DNA of 64,000 nt from assembly GCA_040954595.2 (NCBI GenBank), contig CM082584.2:1350281-1414280 (forward strand). Direction: 5' to 3'. Shown here one piece after another: positions 36,301-52,460 of the stretch. Position 1 is the first letter of the stretch. Every line of letters starts with the position of its first letter. The DNA is from Balanoglossus misakiensis (Eukaryota; Animalia; Hemichordata). The notes below the pieces were generated by a model that worked only from the letters and a program-made list of their open reading frames with translations, searched no databases and was not told the origin of the DNA. A program made the position numbers and the translations under genes.

Positions 36301-39300
36301 ACCCATGATTTTTTCAAAAATTGACGAAATTTTGAGATTTTGCAAAGTCGAAAATTTGTCATTTTTTGATGATTTTCACCCATGATTTTTTTCAAAAATC
36401 GACGAAATGTTGAGATTTTGCAAAGTCGAAAATTTGTAATTTTTTGATGATTTTTACCCATGATTTTTTTCAAAAATCGACGAAATTGTGAGATTTTGCA
36501 AAGTCGATAATTTGTCATTTTTGATGATTTTCCCCCAATGGTTTTTTTCAAAATCGACGAAATTTTGAGATTTTGCAAAGTCGAAAATTTGTCATTTTTT
36601 GATGATTTTCCCCCATGTTTTTTTTTTTAAAATGGACGAAATTTTGAGATTTTGCAAAGTCGAAAATTTGTCATTTTTTGATGATTTTCACCTATAATTT
36701 TTTTCAAAAATCGACGAAATTGTGAGATTTTGCAAAGTCAAAAATTTGTCATTTTTTGATGATTTTCACCCATGTTTTTTTTTTTAAAATCGACGAACCT
36801 ATGATTTTTTTCAAAATCGACGAAATTTTGAGATTTTGCAAAGTCGAAAATTTTGTCATTTTTTGATGATTTTCACCCATGATTTTTTCAAAAATTGACG
36901 AAATGTTGAGATTTTGCAAAGTCGAAAATTTGTAATTTTTTGATGATTTTCACCCATGATTTTTTTCAAAAATCGACGAAATTGTGAGATTTTGCAAAGT
37001 CGATAATTTGTCATTTTTGATGATTTTCCCCCAATGGTTTTTTTCAAAATCGACGAAATTTTGAGATTTTGCAAAGTCGAAAATTTGTCATTTTTTGATT
37101 ATTTTCCCCCATGTTTTTTTTTTTTTAAATGGACGAAATTTTGAGATTTTGCAAAGTCGAAAATTTGTCATTTTTTGATGATTTTCACCTATAATTTTTT
37201 TCAAAAATCGACGAAATTGTGAGATTTTGCAAAGTCAAAAATTTGTCATTTTTTGATGATTTTCACCCATGTTTTTTTTTTAAAAATCGACGAACCTATG
37301 ATTTTTTTCAAAATCGACGAAATTTTGAGATTTTGCAAAGTCGAAAATTTTGTCATTTTTTGATGATTTTCACCCATGATTTTTTCAAAAATTGACGAAA
37401 TTTTGAGATTTTGCAAAGTCGAAAATTTGTCATTTTTTGATGATTTTCACCCATGATTTTTTTCAAAAATCGACGAAATGTTGAGATTTTGCAAAGTCGA
37501 AAATTTGTCATTTTTTGATGATTTTCACCCATGATTTTTTTCAAAAATTGACGAAATTTCGAGATTTTGCAAAGTCGAAAATTTGTCATTTTTTGATGAT
37601 TTTCACCCATGATTTTTTTTCAAAAATCGACGAAATGTTGAGATTTTGCAAAGTCGAAAATTTGTAATTTTTTGATGATTTTCACCCATGATTTTTTTCA
37701 AAAATCGACGAAATTGTGAGATTTTGCAAAGTCGAAAATTTGTCATTTTTTGATGATTTTCTCCCATGATTTTTTTCAAAAATCGACGAAATTGTGAGAT
37801 TTTGCAAAGTCGAAAATTTGTCATTTTTTGATGATTTTCACCCATGTTTTTTTTTAAAAAATCGACGAACCTATGATTTTTTTCAAAATCGACGAAATTT
37901 TGTGATTTTACAAAGTCGAAAATTTTGTCATTTTTTGATGATTTTCACCCATGATTTTTTTTCAAAAATCGACGAAATTTTGAGATTTTGCATAGACGAA
38001 AATTTGTCATTTTTTTATGATTTTCACCCATGATTTTTTCAAAAATTGACGAAATTTTGAGATTTTGCAAAGTCGAAAATTTGTCATTTTTTGATGATTT
38101 TCACCCATGATTTTTTTCAAAAATCGACGAAATGTTGAGATTTTGCAAAGTCGAAAATTTGTAATTTTTTGATGATTTTTACCCATGATTTTTTTCAAAA
38201 ATCGACGAAATTGTGAGATTTTGCAAAGTCGATAATTTGTCATTTTTGATGATTTTCCCCCAATGGTTTTTTTCAAAATCGACGAAATTTTGAGATTTTG
38301 CAAAGTCGAAAATTTGTCATTTTTTGATGATTTTCCCCCATGTTTTTTTTTTTAAAATGGACGAAATTTTGAGATTTTGCAAAGTCGAAAATTTGTCATT
38401 TTTTGATGATTTTCACCTATAATTTTTTTCAAAAATCGACGAAATTGTGAGATTTTGCAAAGTCAAAAATTTGTCATTTTTTGATGATTTTCACCCATGT
38501 TTTTTTTTTTAAAATCGACGAACCTATGATTTTTTTCAAAATCGACGAAATTTTGAGATTTTGCAAAGTCGAAAATTTTGTCATTTTTTGATGATTTTCA
38601 CCCATGATTTTTTCAAAAATTGACGAAATTTTGAGATTTTGCAAAGTCGAAAATTTGTAATTTTTTGATGATTTTCACCCATGATTTTTTTCAAAAATCG
38701 ACGAAATTTTGAGATTTTGCAAAGTCGATAATTTGTCATTTTTGATGATTTTCCCCCAATGGTTTTTTTCAAAATCGACGAAATTTTGAGATTTTGCAAA
38801 GTCGAAAATTTGTCATTTTTTGATTATTTTCCCCCATGTTTTTTTTTTTTAAAATGGACGAAATTTTGAGATTTTGCAAAGTCGAAAATTTGTCATTTTT
38901 TGATGATTTTCACCTATAATTTTTTTCAAAAATCGACGAAATTGTGAGATTTTGCAAAGTCAAAAATTTGTCATTTTTTGATGATTTTCACCCATGTTTT
39001 TTTTTTAAAAATCGACGAACCTATGATTTTTTTCAAAATCGACGAAATTTTGAGATTTTGCAAAGTCGAAAATTTTGTCATTTTTTGATGATTTTCACCC
39101 ATGATTTTTTCAAAAATTGACGAAATTTTGAGATTTTGCAAAGTCGAAAATTTGTCATTTTTTGATGATTTTCACCCATGATTTTTTTCAAAAATCGACG
39201 AAATGTTGAGATTTTGCAAAGTCGAAAATTTGTCATTTTTTGATGATTTTCACCCATGATTTTTTTCAAAAATTGACGAAATTTCGAGATTTTGCAAAGT

Positions 39301-39500
39301 CGAAAATTTGTCATTTTTTGATGATTTTCACCCATGATTTTTTTTCAAAAATCGACGAAATGTTGAGATTTTGCAAAGTCGAAAATTTGTAATTTTTTGA
39401 TGATTTTCACCCATGATTTTTTTCAAAAATCGACGAAATTGTGAGATTTTGCAAAGTCGAAAATTTGTCATTTTTTGATGATTTTCTCCCATGATTTTTT
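33330..39500. repeat. Higher-order repeat, 1725-bp period, about 3.5 copies
   Basis: Identical spurious ORFs recur at 33903, 35628, 37353 and 39078, and at 34557, 36282 and 38007. Confidence 0.85.
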
Positions 39501-42500
39501 TCAAAAATCGACAAAATTGTGAGATTTTGCAAAGTCGAAAATTTGTCATTTTTTGATGATTTTCACCCATGTTTTTTTTTAAAAAATCGACGAACCTATG
39601 ATTTTTTTCAAAAATCGACGAAATTTTGAGATTTTGCATAGACGAAAATTTGTCATTTTTTTATGATTTTCACCCATGATTTTTTCAAAAATTGACGAAA
39701 TTTTGAGATTTTGCAAAGTCGAAAATTTGTCATTTTTTGATGATTTTCACCCATGATTTTTTTCAAAAATCGACGAAATGTTGAGATTTTGCAAAGTCGA
39801 AAATTTGTAATTTTTTGATGATTTTTACCCATGATTTTTTTCAAAAATCGACGAAATTGTGAGATTTTGCAAAGTCGATAATTTGTCATTTTTGATGATT
39901 TTCCCCCAATGGTTTTTTTCAAAATCGACGAAATTTTGAGATTTTGCAAAGTCGAAAATTTGTCATTTTTTGATGATTTTCCCCCATGTTTTTTTTTTTA
40001 AAATGGACGAAATTTTGAGATTTTGCAAAGTCGAAAATTTGTCATTTTTTGATGATTTTCACCTATAATTTTTTTCAAAAATCGACGAAATTGTGAGATT
40101 TTGCAAAGTCAAAAATTTGTCATTTTTTGATGATTTTCACCCATGTTTTTTTTTTTAAAATCGACGAACCTATGATTTTTTTCAAAATCGACGAAATTTT
40201 GAGATTTTGCAAAGTCGAAAATTTTGTCATTTTTTGATGATTTTCACCCATGATTTTTTCAAAAATTGACGAAATTTTGAGATTTTGCAAAGTCGAAAAT
40301 TTGTCATTTTTTGATGATTTTCACCCATGATTTTTTTCAAAAATCGACGAAATGTTGAGATTTTGCAAAGTCGAAAATTTGTCATTTTTTGATGATTTTC
40401 ACCCATGATTTTTTTCAAAAATTGACGAAATTTCGAGATTTTGCAAAGTCGAAAATTTGTCATTTTTTGATGATTTTCACCCATGATTTTTTTTCAAAAA
40501 TCGACGAAATGTTGAGATTTTGCAAAGTCGAAAATTTGTAATTTTTTGATGATTTTCACCCATGATTTTTTTCAAAAATCGACGAAATTGTGAGATTTTG
40601 CAAAGTCGATAATTTGTCATTTTTTGATGATTTTCCCCCAATGGTTTTTTTCAAAATCGACGAAATTTTGAGATTTTGCAAAGTCGAAAATTTGTCATTT
40701 TTTGATGATTTTCACCCATGATTTTTTTCAAAAATCGACGAAATTGTGAGATTTTGCAAAGTCAAAAATTTGTCATTTTTTGATGATTTTCACCCATGTT
40801 TTTTTTTTTAAAAATCGACGAACCTATGATATTTTTCAAAATCGACGAAATTTTGAGATTTTGCAAAGTCGAAAATTTGTAATTTTTTGATGATTTTCAC
40901 CCATGATTTTTTCAAAAATTGACGAAATTTCGAGATTTTGCAAAGTCGAAAATTTGTCATTTTTGATGATTTTCAGCCATGATTTTTTTCAAAAATCGAC
41001 GAAATGTTGAGATTTTGCAAAGTCGAAAATTTGTCATTTTTTGATGATTTTCACCCATGATTTTTTTCAAAAATCGACGAAATGTTGAGATTTTGCAAAG
41101 TCGAAAATTTGTCATTTTTTGATGATTTTCTCCCATGATTTTTTTCAAAAATCGACGTAATTGTGAGATTTTGCAAAGTCGAAAATTTGTCATTTTTTGA
41201 TGATTTTCACCCATGTTTTTTTTTTAAAAATCGACGAACCTATGATTTTTTTCAAAATCGACGAAATTTTGTGATTTTACAAAGTCGAAAATTTTGTCAT
41301 TTTTTGATGATTTTCACCCATGATTTTTTTTCAAAAATCGACGAAATTTTGAGATTTTGCATAGACGAAAATTTGTCATTTTTTTATGATTTTCACCCAT
41401 GATTTTTTCAAAAATTGACGAAATTTTGAGATTTTGCAAAGTCGAAAATTTGTCATTTTTTGATGATTTTCACCCATGATTTTTTTTCAAAAATCGACGA
41501 AATGTTGAGATTTTGCAAAGTCGAAAATTTGTAATTTTTTGATGATTTTCACCCATGATTTTTTTCAAAAATCGACGAAATTGTGAGATTTTGCAAAGTC
41601 GATAATTTGTCATTTTTTGATGATTTTCCCCCAATGGTTTTTTTCAAAATCGACGAAATTTTGAGATTTTGCAAAGTCGAAAATTTGTCATTTTTTGATG
41701 ATTTTCACCCATGATTTTTTTCAAAAATCGACGAAATTGTGAGATTTTGCAAAGTCAAAAATTTGTCATTTTTTGATGATTTTCACCCATGTTTTTTTTT
41801 TAAAAAATCGACGAACCTATGATATTTTTCAAAATCGACGAAATTTTGAGATTTTGCAAAGTCGAAAATTTGTAATTTTTTGATGATTTTCACCCATGAT
41901 TTTTTCAAAAATTGACGAAATTTCGAGATTTTGCAAAGTCGAAAATTTGTCATTTTTGATGATTTTCAGCCATGATTTTTTTCAAAAATCGACGAAATTT
42001 TGTGATTTTGCAAAGTCGAAAATTTGTCATTTTTTGATGATTTTCTCCCATGATTTTTTTCAAAAATCGACGAAATTTTGTGATTTTGCAAAGTCGAAAA
42101 TTTGTCATTTTTGATGATTTTCAGCCATGATTTTTTTCAAAAATCGACGAAATGTTGAGATTTTGCAAAGTCGAAAATTTGTCATTTTTTGATGATTTTC
42201 ACCCATGATTTTTTTCAAAAATCGACGAAATGTTGAGATTTTGCAAAGTCAAAAATTTGTCATTTTTTGATGATTTTCACCCATGTTTTTTTTTTTAAAA
42301 ATCGACGAACCTATGATATTTTTCAAAATCGACGAAATTTTGAGATTTTGCAAAGTCGAAAATTTGTAATTTTTTGATGATTTTCACCCATGATTTTTTC
42401 AAAAATTGACGAAATTTCGAGATTTTGCAAAGTCGAAAATTTGTCATTTTTGATGATTTTCAGCCATGATTTTTTTCAAAAATCGACGAAATTTTGTGAT

Positions 42501-44379
42501 TTTGCAAAGTCGAAAATTTGTCATTTTTTGATGATTTTCTCCCATGATTTTTTTCAAAAATCGACGAAATTTTGTGATTTTGCAAAGTCGAAAATTTGTC
42601 ATTTTTGATGATTTTCAGCCATGATTTTTTTCAAAAATCGACGAAATGTTGAGATTTTGCAAAGTCGAAAATTTGTCATTTTTTGATGATTTTCACCCAT
42701 GATTTTTTTCAAAAATCGACGAAATTTTGAGATTTTGCAAAGTCGAAAATTTGTCATTTTTTGATGATTTTCACCCATGATTTTTTTTCAAAAATCGACG
42801 AAATGTTGAGATTTTGCAAAGTCGAAAATTTGTAATTTTTTGATGATTTTCACCCATGATTTTTTTCAAAAATCGACGAAATTGTGAGATTTTGCAAAGT
42901 CGATAATTTGTCATTTTTTGATGATTTTCCCCCAATGGTTTTTTTCAAAATCGACGAAATTTTGAGATTTTGCAAAGTCGAAAATTTGTCATTTTTTGAT
43001 GATTTTCACCCATGATTTTTTTCAAAAATCGACGAAATTGTGAGATTTTGCAAAGTCAAAAATTTGTCATTTTTTGATGATTTTCACCCATGTTTTTTTT
43101 TTAAAAAATCGACGAACCTATGATATTTTTCAAAATCGACGAAATTTTGAGATTTTGCAAAGTCGAAAATTTGTAATTTTTTGATGATTTTCACCCATGA
43201 TTTTTTCAAAAATTGACGAAATTTCGAGATTTTGCAAAGTCGAAAATTTGTCATTTTTGATGATTTTCAGCCATGATTTTTTTCAAAAATCGACGAAATT
43301 TTGTGATTTTGCAAAGTCGAAAATTTGTCATTTTTTGATGATTTTCTCCCATGATTTTTTTCAAAAATCGACGAAATTTTGTGATTTTGCAAAGTCGAAA
43401 ATTTGTCATTTTTGATGATTTTCAGCCATGATTTTTTTCAAAAATCGACGAAATGTTGAGATTTTGCAAAGTCGAAAATTTGTCATTTTTTGATGATTTT
43501 CACCCATGATTTTTTTCAAAAATCGACGAAATGTTGAGATTTTGCAAAGTCAAAAATTTGTCATTTTTTGATGATTTTCACCCATGTTTTTTTTTTAAAA
43601 AATCGACGAACCTATGATATTTTTCAAAATCGACGAAATTTTGAGATTTTGCAAAGTCGAAAATTTGTAATTTTTTGATGATTTTCACCCATGATTTTTT
43701 CAAAAATTGACGAAATTTCGAGATTTTGCAAAGTCGAAAATTTGTCATTTTTGATGATTTTCAGCCATGATTTTTTTCAAAAATCGACGAAATTTTGTGA
43801 TTTTGCAAAGTCGAAAATTTGTCATTTTTTGATGATTTTCTCCCATGATTTTTTTCAAAAATCGACGAAATTTTGTGATTTTGCAAAGTCGAAAATTTGT
43901 CATTTTTGATGATTTTCAGCCATGTTTTTTTTTAAAAAAATCGACGAACCTATGATATTTTTCAAAATCGACGAAATTTTGAGATTTTGCAAAGTCGAAA
44001 ATTTGTAATTTTTTGATGATTTTCACCCATGATTTTTTCAAAAATTGACGAAATTTCGAGATTTTGCAAAGTCGAAAATTTGTCATTTTTGATGATTTTC
44101 AGCCATGATTTTTTTCAAAAATCGACGAAATTTTGTGATTTTGCAAAGTCGAAAATTTGTCATTTTTTGATGATTTTCTCCCATGATTTTTTTCAAAAAT
44201 CGACGAAATTTTGTGATTTTGCAAAGTCGAAAATTTGTCATTTTTGATGATTTTCAGCCATGATTTTTTTCAAAAATCGACGAAATGTTGAGATTTTGCA
44301 AAGTCGAAAATTTGTCATTTTTTGATGATTTTCACCCATGATTTTTTTCAAAAATCGACGAAATGTTGAGATTTTGCAA

Positions 44380-47300
44380 AGTGGAAAATTTGTCATTTTT
44401 TGATGATTTTCTCCCATGATTTTTTTCAAAAATCGACGTAATTGTGAGATTTTGCAAAGTCGAAAATTTGTCATTTTTTGATGATTTTCACCCATGTTTT
44501 TTTTTTAAAAATCGACGAACCTATGATTTTTTTCAAAATCGACGAAATTTTGTGATTTTACAAAGTCGAAAATTTTGTCATTTTTTGATGATTTTCACCC
44601 ATGATTTTTTTTCAAAAATCGACGAAATTTTGAGATTTTGCATAGACGAAAATTTGTCATTTTTTTATGATTTTCACCCATGATTTTTTCAAAAATTGAC
44701 GAAATTTTGAGATTTTGCAAAGTCGAAAATTTGTCATTTTTTGATGATTTTCACCCATGATTTTTTTTCAAAAATCGACGAAATGTTGAGATTTTGCAAA
44801 GTCGAAAATTTGTAATTTTTTGATGATTTTCACCCATGATTTTTTTCAAAAATCGACGAAATTGTGAGATTTTGCAAAGTCGATAATTTGTCATTTTTTG
44901 ATGATTTTCCCCCAATGGTTTTTTTCAAAATCGACGAAATGTTGAGATTTTGCAAAGTCGAAAATTTGTCATTTTTTGATGATTTTCTCCCATGATTTTT
45001 TTCAAAAATCGACGAAATTGTGAGATTTTGCAAAGTCAAAAATTTGTCATTTTTTGATGATTTTCACCCATGTTTTTTTTTTAAAAAATCGACGAACCTA
45101 TGATATTTTTCAAAATCGACGAAATTTTGAGATTTTGCAAAGTCGAAAATTTGTAATTTTTTGATGATTTTCACCCATGATTTTTTCAAAAATTGACGAA
45201 ATTTCGAGATTTTGCAAAGTCGAAAATTTGTCATTTTTGATGATTTTCAGCCATGATTTTTTTCAAAAATCGACGAAATTTTGTGATTTTGCAAAGTCGA
45301 AAATTTGTCATTTTTTGATGATTTTCTCCCATGATTTTTTTCAAAAATCGACGAAATTTTGTGATTTTGCAAAGTCGAAAATTTGTCATTTTTGATGATT
45401 TTCAGCCATGATTTTTTTCAAAAATCGACGAAATGTTGAGATTTTGCAAAGTCGAAAATTTGTCATTTTTTGATGATTTTCACCCATGATTTTTTTCAAA
45501 AATCGACGAAATGTTGAGATTTTGCAAAGTCAAAAATTTGTCATTTTTTGATGATTTTCACCCATGTTTTTTTTTTAAAAAATCGACGAACCTATGATAT
45601 TTTTCAAAATCGACGAAATTTTGAGATTTTGCAAAGTCGAAAATTTGTAATTTTTTGATGATTTTCACCCATGATTTTTTCAAAAATTGACGAAATTTCG
45701 AGATTTTGCAAAGTCGAAAATTTGTCATTTTTGATGATTTTCAGCCATGATTTTTTTCAAAAATCGACGAAATTTTGTGATTTTGCAAAGTCGAAAATTT
45801 GTCATTTTTTGATGATTTTCTCCCATGATTTTTTTCAAAAATCGACGAAATTTTGTGATTTTGCAAAGTCGAAAATTTGTCATTTTTGATGATTTTCAGC
45901 CATGTTTTTTTTTTAAAAAATCGACGAACCTATGATATTTTTCAAAATCGACGAAATTTTGAGATTTTGCAAAGTCGAAAATTTGTAATTTTTTGATGAT
46001 TTTCACCCATGATTTTTTCAAAAATTGACGAAATTTCGAGATTTTGCAAAGTCGAAAATTTGTCATTTTTGATGATTTTCTCCCATGATTTTTTTCAAAA
46101 ATCGACGAAATTTTGTGATTTTGCAAAGTCGAAAATTTGTCATTTTTGATGATTTTCAGCCATGTTTTTTTTAAAAAAATCGACGAACCTATGATATTTT
46201 TCAAAATCGACGAAATTTTGAGATTTTGCAAAGTCGAAAATTTGTAATTTTTTGATGATTTTCACCCATGATTTTTTCAAAAATTGACGAAATTTCGAGA
46301 TTTTGCAAAGTCGAAAATTTGTCATTTTTGATGATTTTCAGCCATGATTTTTTTCAAAAATCGACGAAATTTTGTGATTTTGCAAAGTCGAAAATTTGTC
46401 ATTTTTTGATGATTTTCTCCCATGATTTTTTTCAAAAATCGACGAAATTTTGTGATTTTGCAAAGTCGAAAATTTGTCATTTTTGATGATTTTCAGCCAT
46501 GATTTTTTTCAAAAATCGACGAAATGTTGAGATTTTGCAAAGTCGAAAATTTGTCATTTTTTGATGATTTTCACCCATGATTTTTTTCAAAAATCGACGA
46601 AATGTTGAGATTTTGCAAAGTGGAAAATTTGTCATTTTTTGATGATTTTCTCCCATGATTTTTTTCAAAAATCGACGTAATTGTGAGATTTTGCAAAGTC
46701 GAAAATTTGTCATTTTTTGATGATTTTCACCCATGTTTTTTTTTTAAAAATCGACGAACCTATGATTTTTTTCAAAATCGACGAAATTTTGTGATTTTAC
46801 AAAGTCGAAAATTTTGTCATTTTTTGATGATTTTCACCCATGATTTTTTTTCAAAAATCGACGAAATTTTGAGATTTTGCATAGACGAAAATTTGTCATT
46901 TTTTTATGATTTTCACCCATGATTTTTTCAAAAATTGACGAAATTTTGAGATTTTGCAAAGTCGAAAATTTGTCATTTTTTGATGATTTTCACCCATGAT
47001 TTTTTTTCAAAAATCGACGAAATGTTGAGATTTTGCAAAGTCGAAAATTTGTAATTTTTTGATGATTTTCACCCATGATTTTTTTCAAAAATCGACGAAA
47101 TTGTGAGATTTTGCAAAGTCGATAATTTGTCATTTTTTGATGATTTTCCCCCAATGGTTTTTTTCAAAATCGACGAAATGTTGAGATTTTGCAAAGTCGA
47201 AAATTTGTCATTTTTTGATGATTTTCTCCCATGATTTTTTTCAAAAATCGACGAAATTGTGAGATTTTGCAAAGTCGAAAATTTGTCATTTTTTGATGAT

Positions 47301-50300
47301 TTTCACCCATGTTTTTTTTTTAAAAATCGACGAACCTATGATTTTTTTCAAAATCGACGAAATTTTGTGATTTTACAAAGTCGAAAATTTTGTCATTTTT
47401 TGATGATTTTCACCCATGATTTTTTTTCAAAAATCGACGAAATTTTGAGATTTTGCATAGACGAAAATTTGTCATTTTTTTATGATTTTCACCCATGATT
47501 TTTTCAAAAATTGACGAAATTTTGAGATTTGCAAAGTCGAAAATTTGTCATTTTTTGATGATTTTCACCCATGATTTTTTTCAAAAATCGACGAAATGTT
47601 GAGATTTTGCAAAGTCGAAAATTTGTAATTTTTTGATGATTTTCACCCATGATTTTTTTCTAAAATCGACGAAATTGTGAGATTTTGCAAAGTCGATAAT
47701 TTGTCATTTTTTGATGATTTTCCCCCAATGGTTTTTTTCAAAATCGACGAAATTTTGAGATTTTGCAAAGTCGAAAATTTGTCATTTTTTGATGATTTTC
47801 ACCTATAATTTTTTTCAAAAATCGACGAAATTGTGAGATTTTGCAAAGTCAAAAATTTGTCATTTTTTGATGATTTTCACCCATGTTTTTTTTTTAAAAA
47901 TCGACGAACCTATGATTTTTTTCAAAATCGACGAAATTTTGAGATTTTGCAAAGTCGAAAATTTTGTCATTTTTTGATGATTTTCACCCATGATTTTTTC
48001 AAAAATTGACGAAATTTTGAGATTTTGCAAAGTCGAAAATTTGTCATTTTTTGATGATTTTCACCCATGATTTTTTTCAAAAATCGACGAAATGTTGAGA
48101 TTTTGCAAAGTCGAAAATTTGTATTTTTTGATGATTTTCACCCATGATTTTTTTCAAAAATTGACGAAATTTCGAGATTTTGCAAAGTCGAAAATTTGTC
48201 ATTTTTTGATGATTTTCACCCATGATTTTTTTCAAAAATTGACGAAATTTCGAGATTTTGCAAAGTCGAAAATTTGTCATTTTTTGATGATTTTCACCCA
48301 TGATTTTTTTTCAAAAATCGACGAAATGTTGAGATTTTGCAAAGTCGAAAATTTGTAATTTTTTGATGATTTTCACCCATGATTTTTTTCAAAAATCGAT
48401 TAAATTGTGAGATTTTGCAAAGTGGAAAATTTGTCATTTTTTGATGATTTTCTCCCATGATTTTTTTCAAAAATCGACGTAATTGTGAGATTTTGCAAAG
48501 TCGAAAATTTGTCATTTTTTGATGATTTTCACCCATGTTTTTTTTTTAAAAATCGACGAACCTATGATTTTTTTCAAAATCGACGAAATTTTGTGATTTT
48601 ACAAAGTCGAAAATTTTGTCATTTTTTGATGATTTTCACCCATGATTTTTTTTCAAAAATCGACGAAATTTTGAGATTTTGCATAGACGAAAATTTGTCA
48701 TTTTTTTATGATTTTCACCCATGATTTTTTCAAAAATTGACGAAATTTTGAGATTTTGCAAAGTCGAAAATTTGTCATTTTTTGATGATTTTCACCCATG
48801 ATTTTTTTTCAAAAATCGACGAAATGTTGAGATTTTGCAAAGTCGAAAATTTGTAATTTTTTGATGATTTTCACCCATGATTTTTTTCAAAAATCGACGA
48901 AATTGTGAGATTTTGCAAAGTCGATAATTTGTCATTTTTTGATGATTTTCCCCCAATGGTTTTTTTCAAAATCGACGAAATGTTGAGATTTTGCAAAGTC
49001 GAAAATTTGTCATTTTTTGATGATTTTCTCCCATGATTTTTTTCAAAAATCGACGAAATTGTGAGATTTTGCAAAGTCAAAAATTTGTCATTTTTTGATG
49101 ATTTTCACCCATGTTTTTTTTTTTAAAAATCGACGAACCTATGATATTTTTCAAAATCGACGAAATTTTGAGATTTTGCAAAGTCGAAAATTTGTAATTT
49201 TTTGATGATTTTCACCCATGATTTTTTCAAAAATTGACGAAATTTCGAGATTTTGCAAAGTCGAAAATTTGTCATTTTTGATGATTTTCAGCCATGATTT
49301 TTTTCAAAAATCGACGAAATTTTGTGATTTTGCAAAGTCGAAAATTTGTCATTTTTTGATGATTTTCTCCCATGATTTTTTTCAAAAATCGACGAAATTT
49401 TGTGATTTTGCAAAGTCGAAAATTTGTCATTTTTGATGATTTTCAGCCATGATTTTTTTCAAAAATCGACGAAATGTTGAGATTTTGCAAAGTCGAAAAT
49501 TTGTCATTTTTTGATGATTTTCACCCATGATTTTTTTCAAAAATCGACGAAATGTTGAGATTTTGCAAAGTCAAAAATTTGTCATTTTTTGATGATTTTC
49601 ACCCATGTTTTTTTTTTAAAAAATCGACGAACCTATGATATTTTTCAAAATCGACGAAATTTTGAGATTTTGCAAAGTCGAAAATTTGTAATTTTTTGAT
49701 GATTTTCACCCATGATTTTTTCAAAAATTGACGAAATTTCGAGATTTTGCAAAGTCGAAAATTTGTCATTTTTGATGATTTTCAGCCATGATTTTTTTCA
49801 AAAATCGACGAAATTTTGTGATTTTGCAAAGTCGAAAATTTGTCATTTTTTGATGATTTTCTCCCATGATTTTTTTCAAAAATCGACGAAATTTTGTGAT
49901 TTTGCAAAGTCGAAAATTTGTCATTTTTGATGATTTTCAGCCATGTTTTTTTTTAAAAAAATCGACGAACCTATGATATTTTTCAAAATCGACGAAATTT
50001 TGAGATTTTGCAAAGTCGAAAATTTGTAATTTTTTGATGATTTTCACCCATGATTTTTTCAAAAATTGACGAAATTTCGAGATTTTGCAAAGTCGAAAAT
50101 TTGTCATTTTTGATGATTTTCTCCCATGATTTTTTTCAAAAATCGACGAAATTTTGTGATTTTGCAAAGTCGAAAATTTGTCATTTTTGATGATTTTCAG
50201 CCATGTTTTTTTTTAAAAAAATCGACGAACCTATGATATTTTTCAAAATCGACGAAATTTTGAGATTTTGCAAAGTCGAAAATTTGTAATTTTTTGATGA

Positions 50301-52460
50301 TTTTCACCCATGATTTTTTCAAAAATTGACGAAATTTCGAGATTTTGCAAAGTCGAAAATTTGTCATTTTTGATGATTTTCAGCCATGATTTTTTTCAAA
50401 AATCGACGAAATTTTGTGATTTTGCAAAGTCGAAAATTTGTCATTTTTTGATGATTTTCTCCCATGATTTTTTTCAAAAATCGACGAAATTTTGTGATTT
50501 TGCAAAGTCGAAAATTTGTCATTTTTGATGATTTTCAGCCATGATTTTTTTCAAAAATCGACGAAATGTTGAGATTTTGCAAAGTCGAAAATTTGTCATT
50601 TTTTGATGATTTTCACCCATGATTTTTTTCAAAAATCGACGAAATGTTGAGATTTTGCAAAGTGGAAAATTTGTCATTTTTTGATGATTTTCTCCCATGA
50701 TTTTTTTCAAAAATCGACGTAATTGTGAGATTTTGCAAAGTCGAAAATTTGTCATTTTTTGATGATTTTCACCCATGTTTTTTTTTAAAAATCGACGAAC
50801 CTATGATTTTTTTCAAAATCGACGAAATTTTGTGATTTTACAAAGTCGAAAATTTTGTCATTTTTTGATGATTTTCACCCATGATTTTTTTTCAAAAATC
50901 GACGAAATTTTGAGATTTTGCATAGACGAAAATTTGTCATTTTTTTATGATTTTCACCCATGATTTTTTCAAAAATTGACGAAATTTTGAGATTTTGCAA
51001 AGTCGAAAATTTGTCATTTTTTGATGATTTTCACCCATGATTTTTTTTCAAAAATCGACGAAATGTTGAGATTTTGCAAAGTCGAAAATTTGTAATTTTT
51101 TGATGATTTTCACCCATGATTTTTTTCAAAAATCGACGAAATTGTGAGATTTTGCAAAGTCGATAATTTGTCATTTTTTGATGATTTTCCCCCAATGGTT
51201 TTTTTCAAAATCGACGAAATGTTGAGATTTTGCAAAGTCGAAAATTTGTCATTTTTTGATGATTTTCTCCCATGATTTTTTTCAAAAATCGACGAAATTG
51301 TGAGATTTTGCAAAGTCGAAAATTTGTCATTTTTTGATGATTTTCACCCATGTTTTTTTTTTAAAAATCGACGAACCTATGATTTTTTTCAAAATCGACG
51401 AAATTTTGTGATTTTACAAAGTCGAAAATTTTGTCATTTTTTGATGATTTTCACCCATGATTTTTTTTCAAAAATCGACGAAATTTTGAGATTTTGCATA
51501 GACGAAAATTTGTCATTTTTTTATGATTTTCACCCATGATTTTTTCAAAAATTGACGAAATTTTGAGATTTGCAAAGTCGAAAATTTGTCATTTTTTGAT
51601 GATTTTCACCCATGATTTTTTTCAAAAATCGACGAAATGTTGAGATTTTGCAAAGTCGAAAATTTGTAATTTTTTGATGATTTTCACCCATGATTTTTTT
51701 CTAAAATCGACGAAATTGTGAGATTTTGCAAAGTCGATAATTTGTCATTTTTTGATGATTTTCCCCCAATGGTTTTTTTCAAAATCGACGAAATTTTGAG
51801 ATTTTGCAAAGTCGAAAATTTGTCATTTTTTGATGATTTTCACCTATAATTTTTTTCAAAAATCGACGAAATTGTGAGATTTTGCAAAGTCAAAAATTTG
51901 TCATTTTTTGATGATTTTCACCCATGTTTTTTTTTTAAAAATCGACGAACCTATGATTTTTTTCAAAATCGACGAAATTTTGAGATTTTGCAAAGTCGAA
52001 AATTTTGTCATTTTTTGATGATTTTCACCCATGATTTTTTCAAAAATTGACGAAATTTTGAGATTTTGCAAAGTCGAAAATTTGTCATTTTTTGATGATT
52101 TTCACCCATGATTTTTTTCAAAAATCGACGAAATGTTGAGATTTTGCAAAGTCGAAAATTTGTATTTTTTGATGATTTTCACCCATGATTTTTTTCAAAA
52201 ATTGACGAAATTTCGAGATTTTGCAAAGTCGAAAATTTGTCATTTTTTGATGATTTTCACCCATGATTTTTTTCAAAAATTGACGAAATTTCGAGATTTT
52301 GCAAAGTCGAAAATTTGTCATTTTTTGATGATTTTCACCCATGATTTTTTTTCAAAAATCGACGAAATGTTGAGATTTTGCAAAGTCGAAAATTTGTAAT
52401 TTTTTGATGATTTTCACCCATGATTTTTTTCAAAAATCGATTAAATTGTGAGATTTTGCA
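44380..52460. repeat. Tandem duplication, ~4041-bp period
   Basis: Marker offsets 44444/48485, 45177/49218, 47069/51110 and 48077/52118. The rare GTGGAAAA variant occurs at ~44381/48422 and ~46620/50662. Confidence 0.85.
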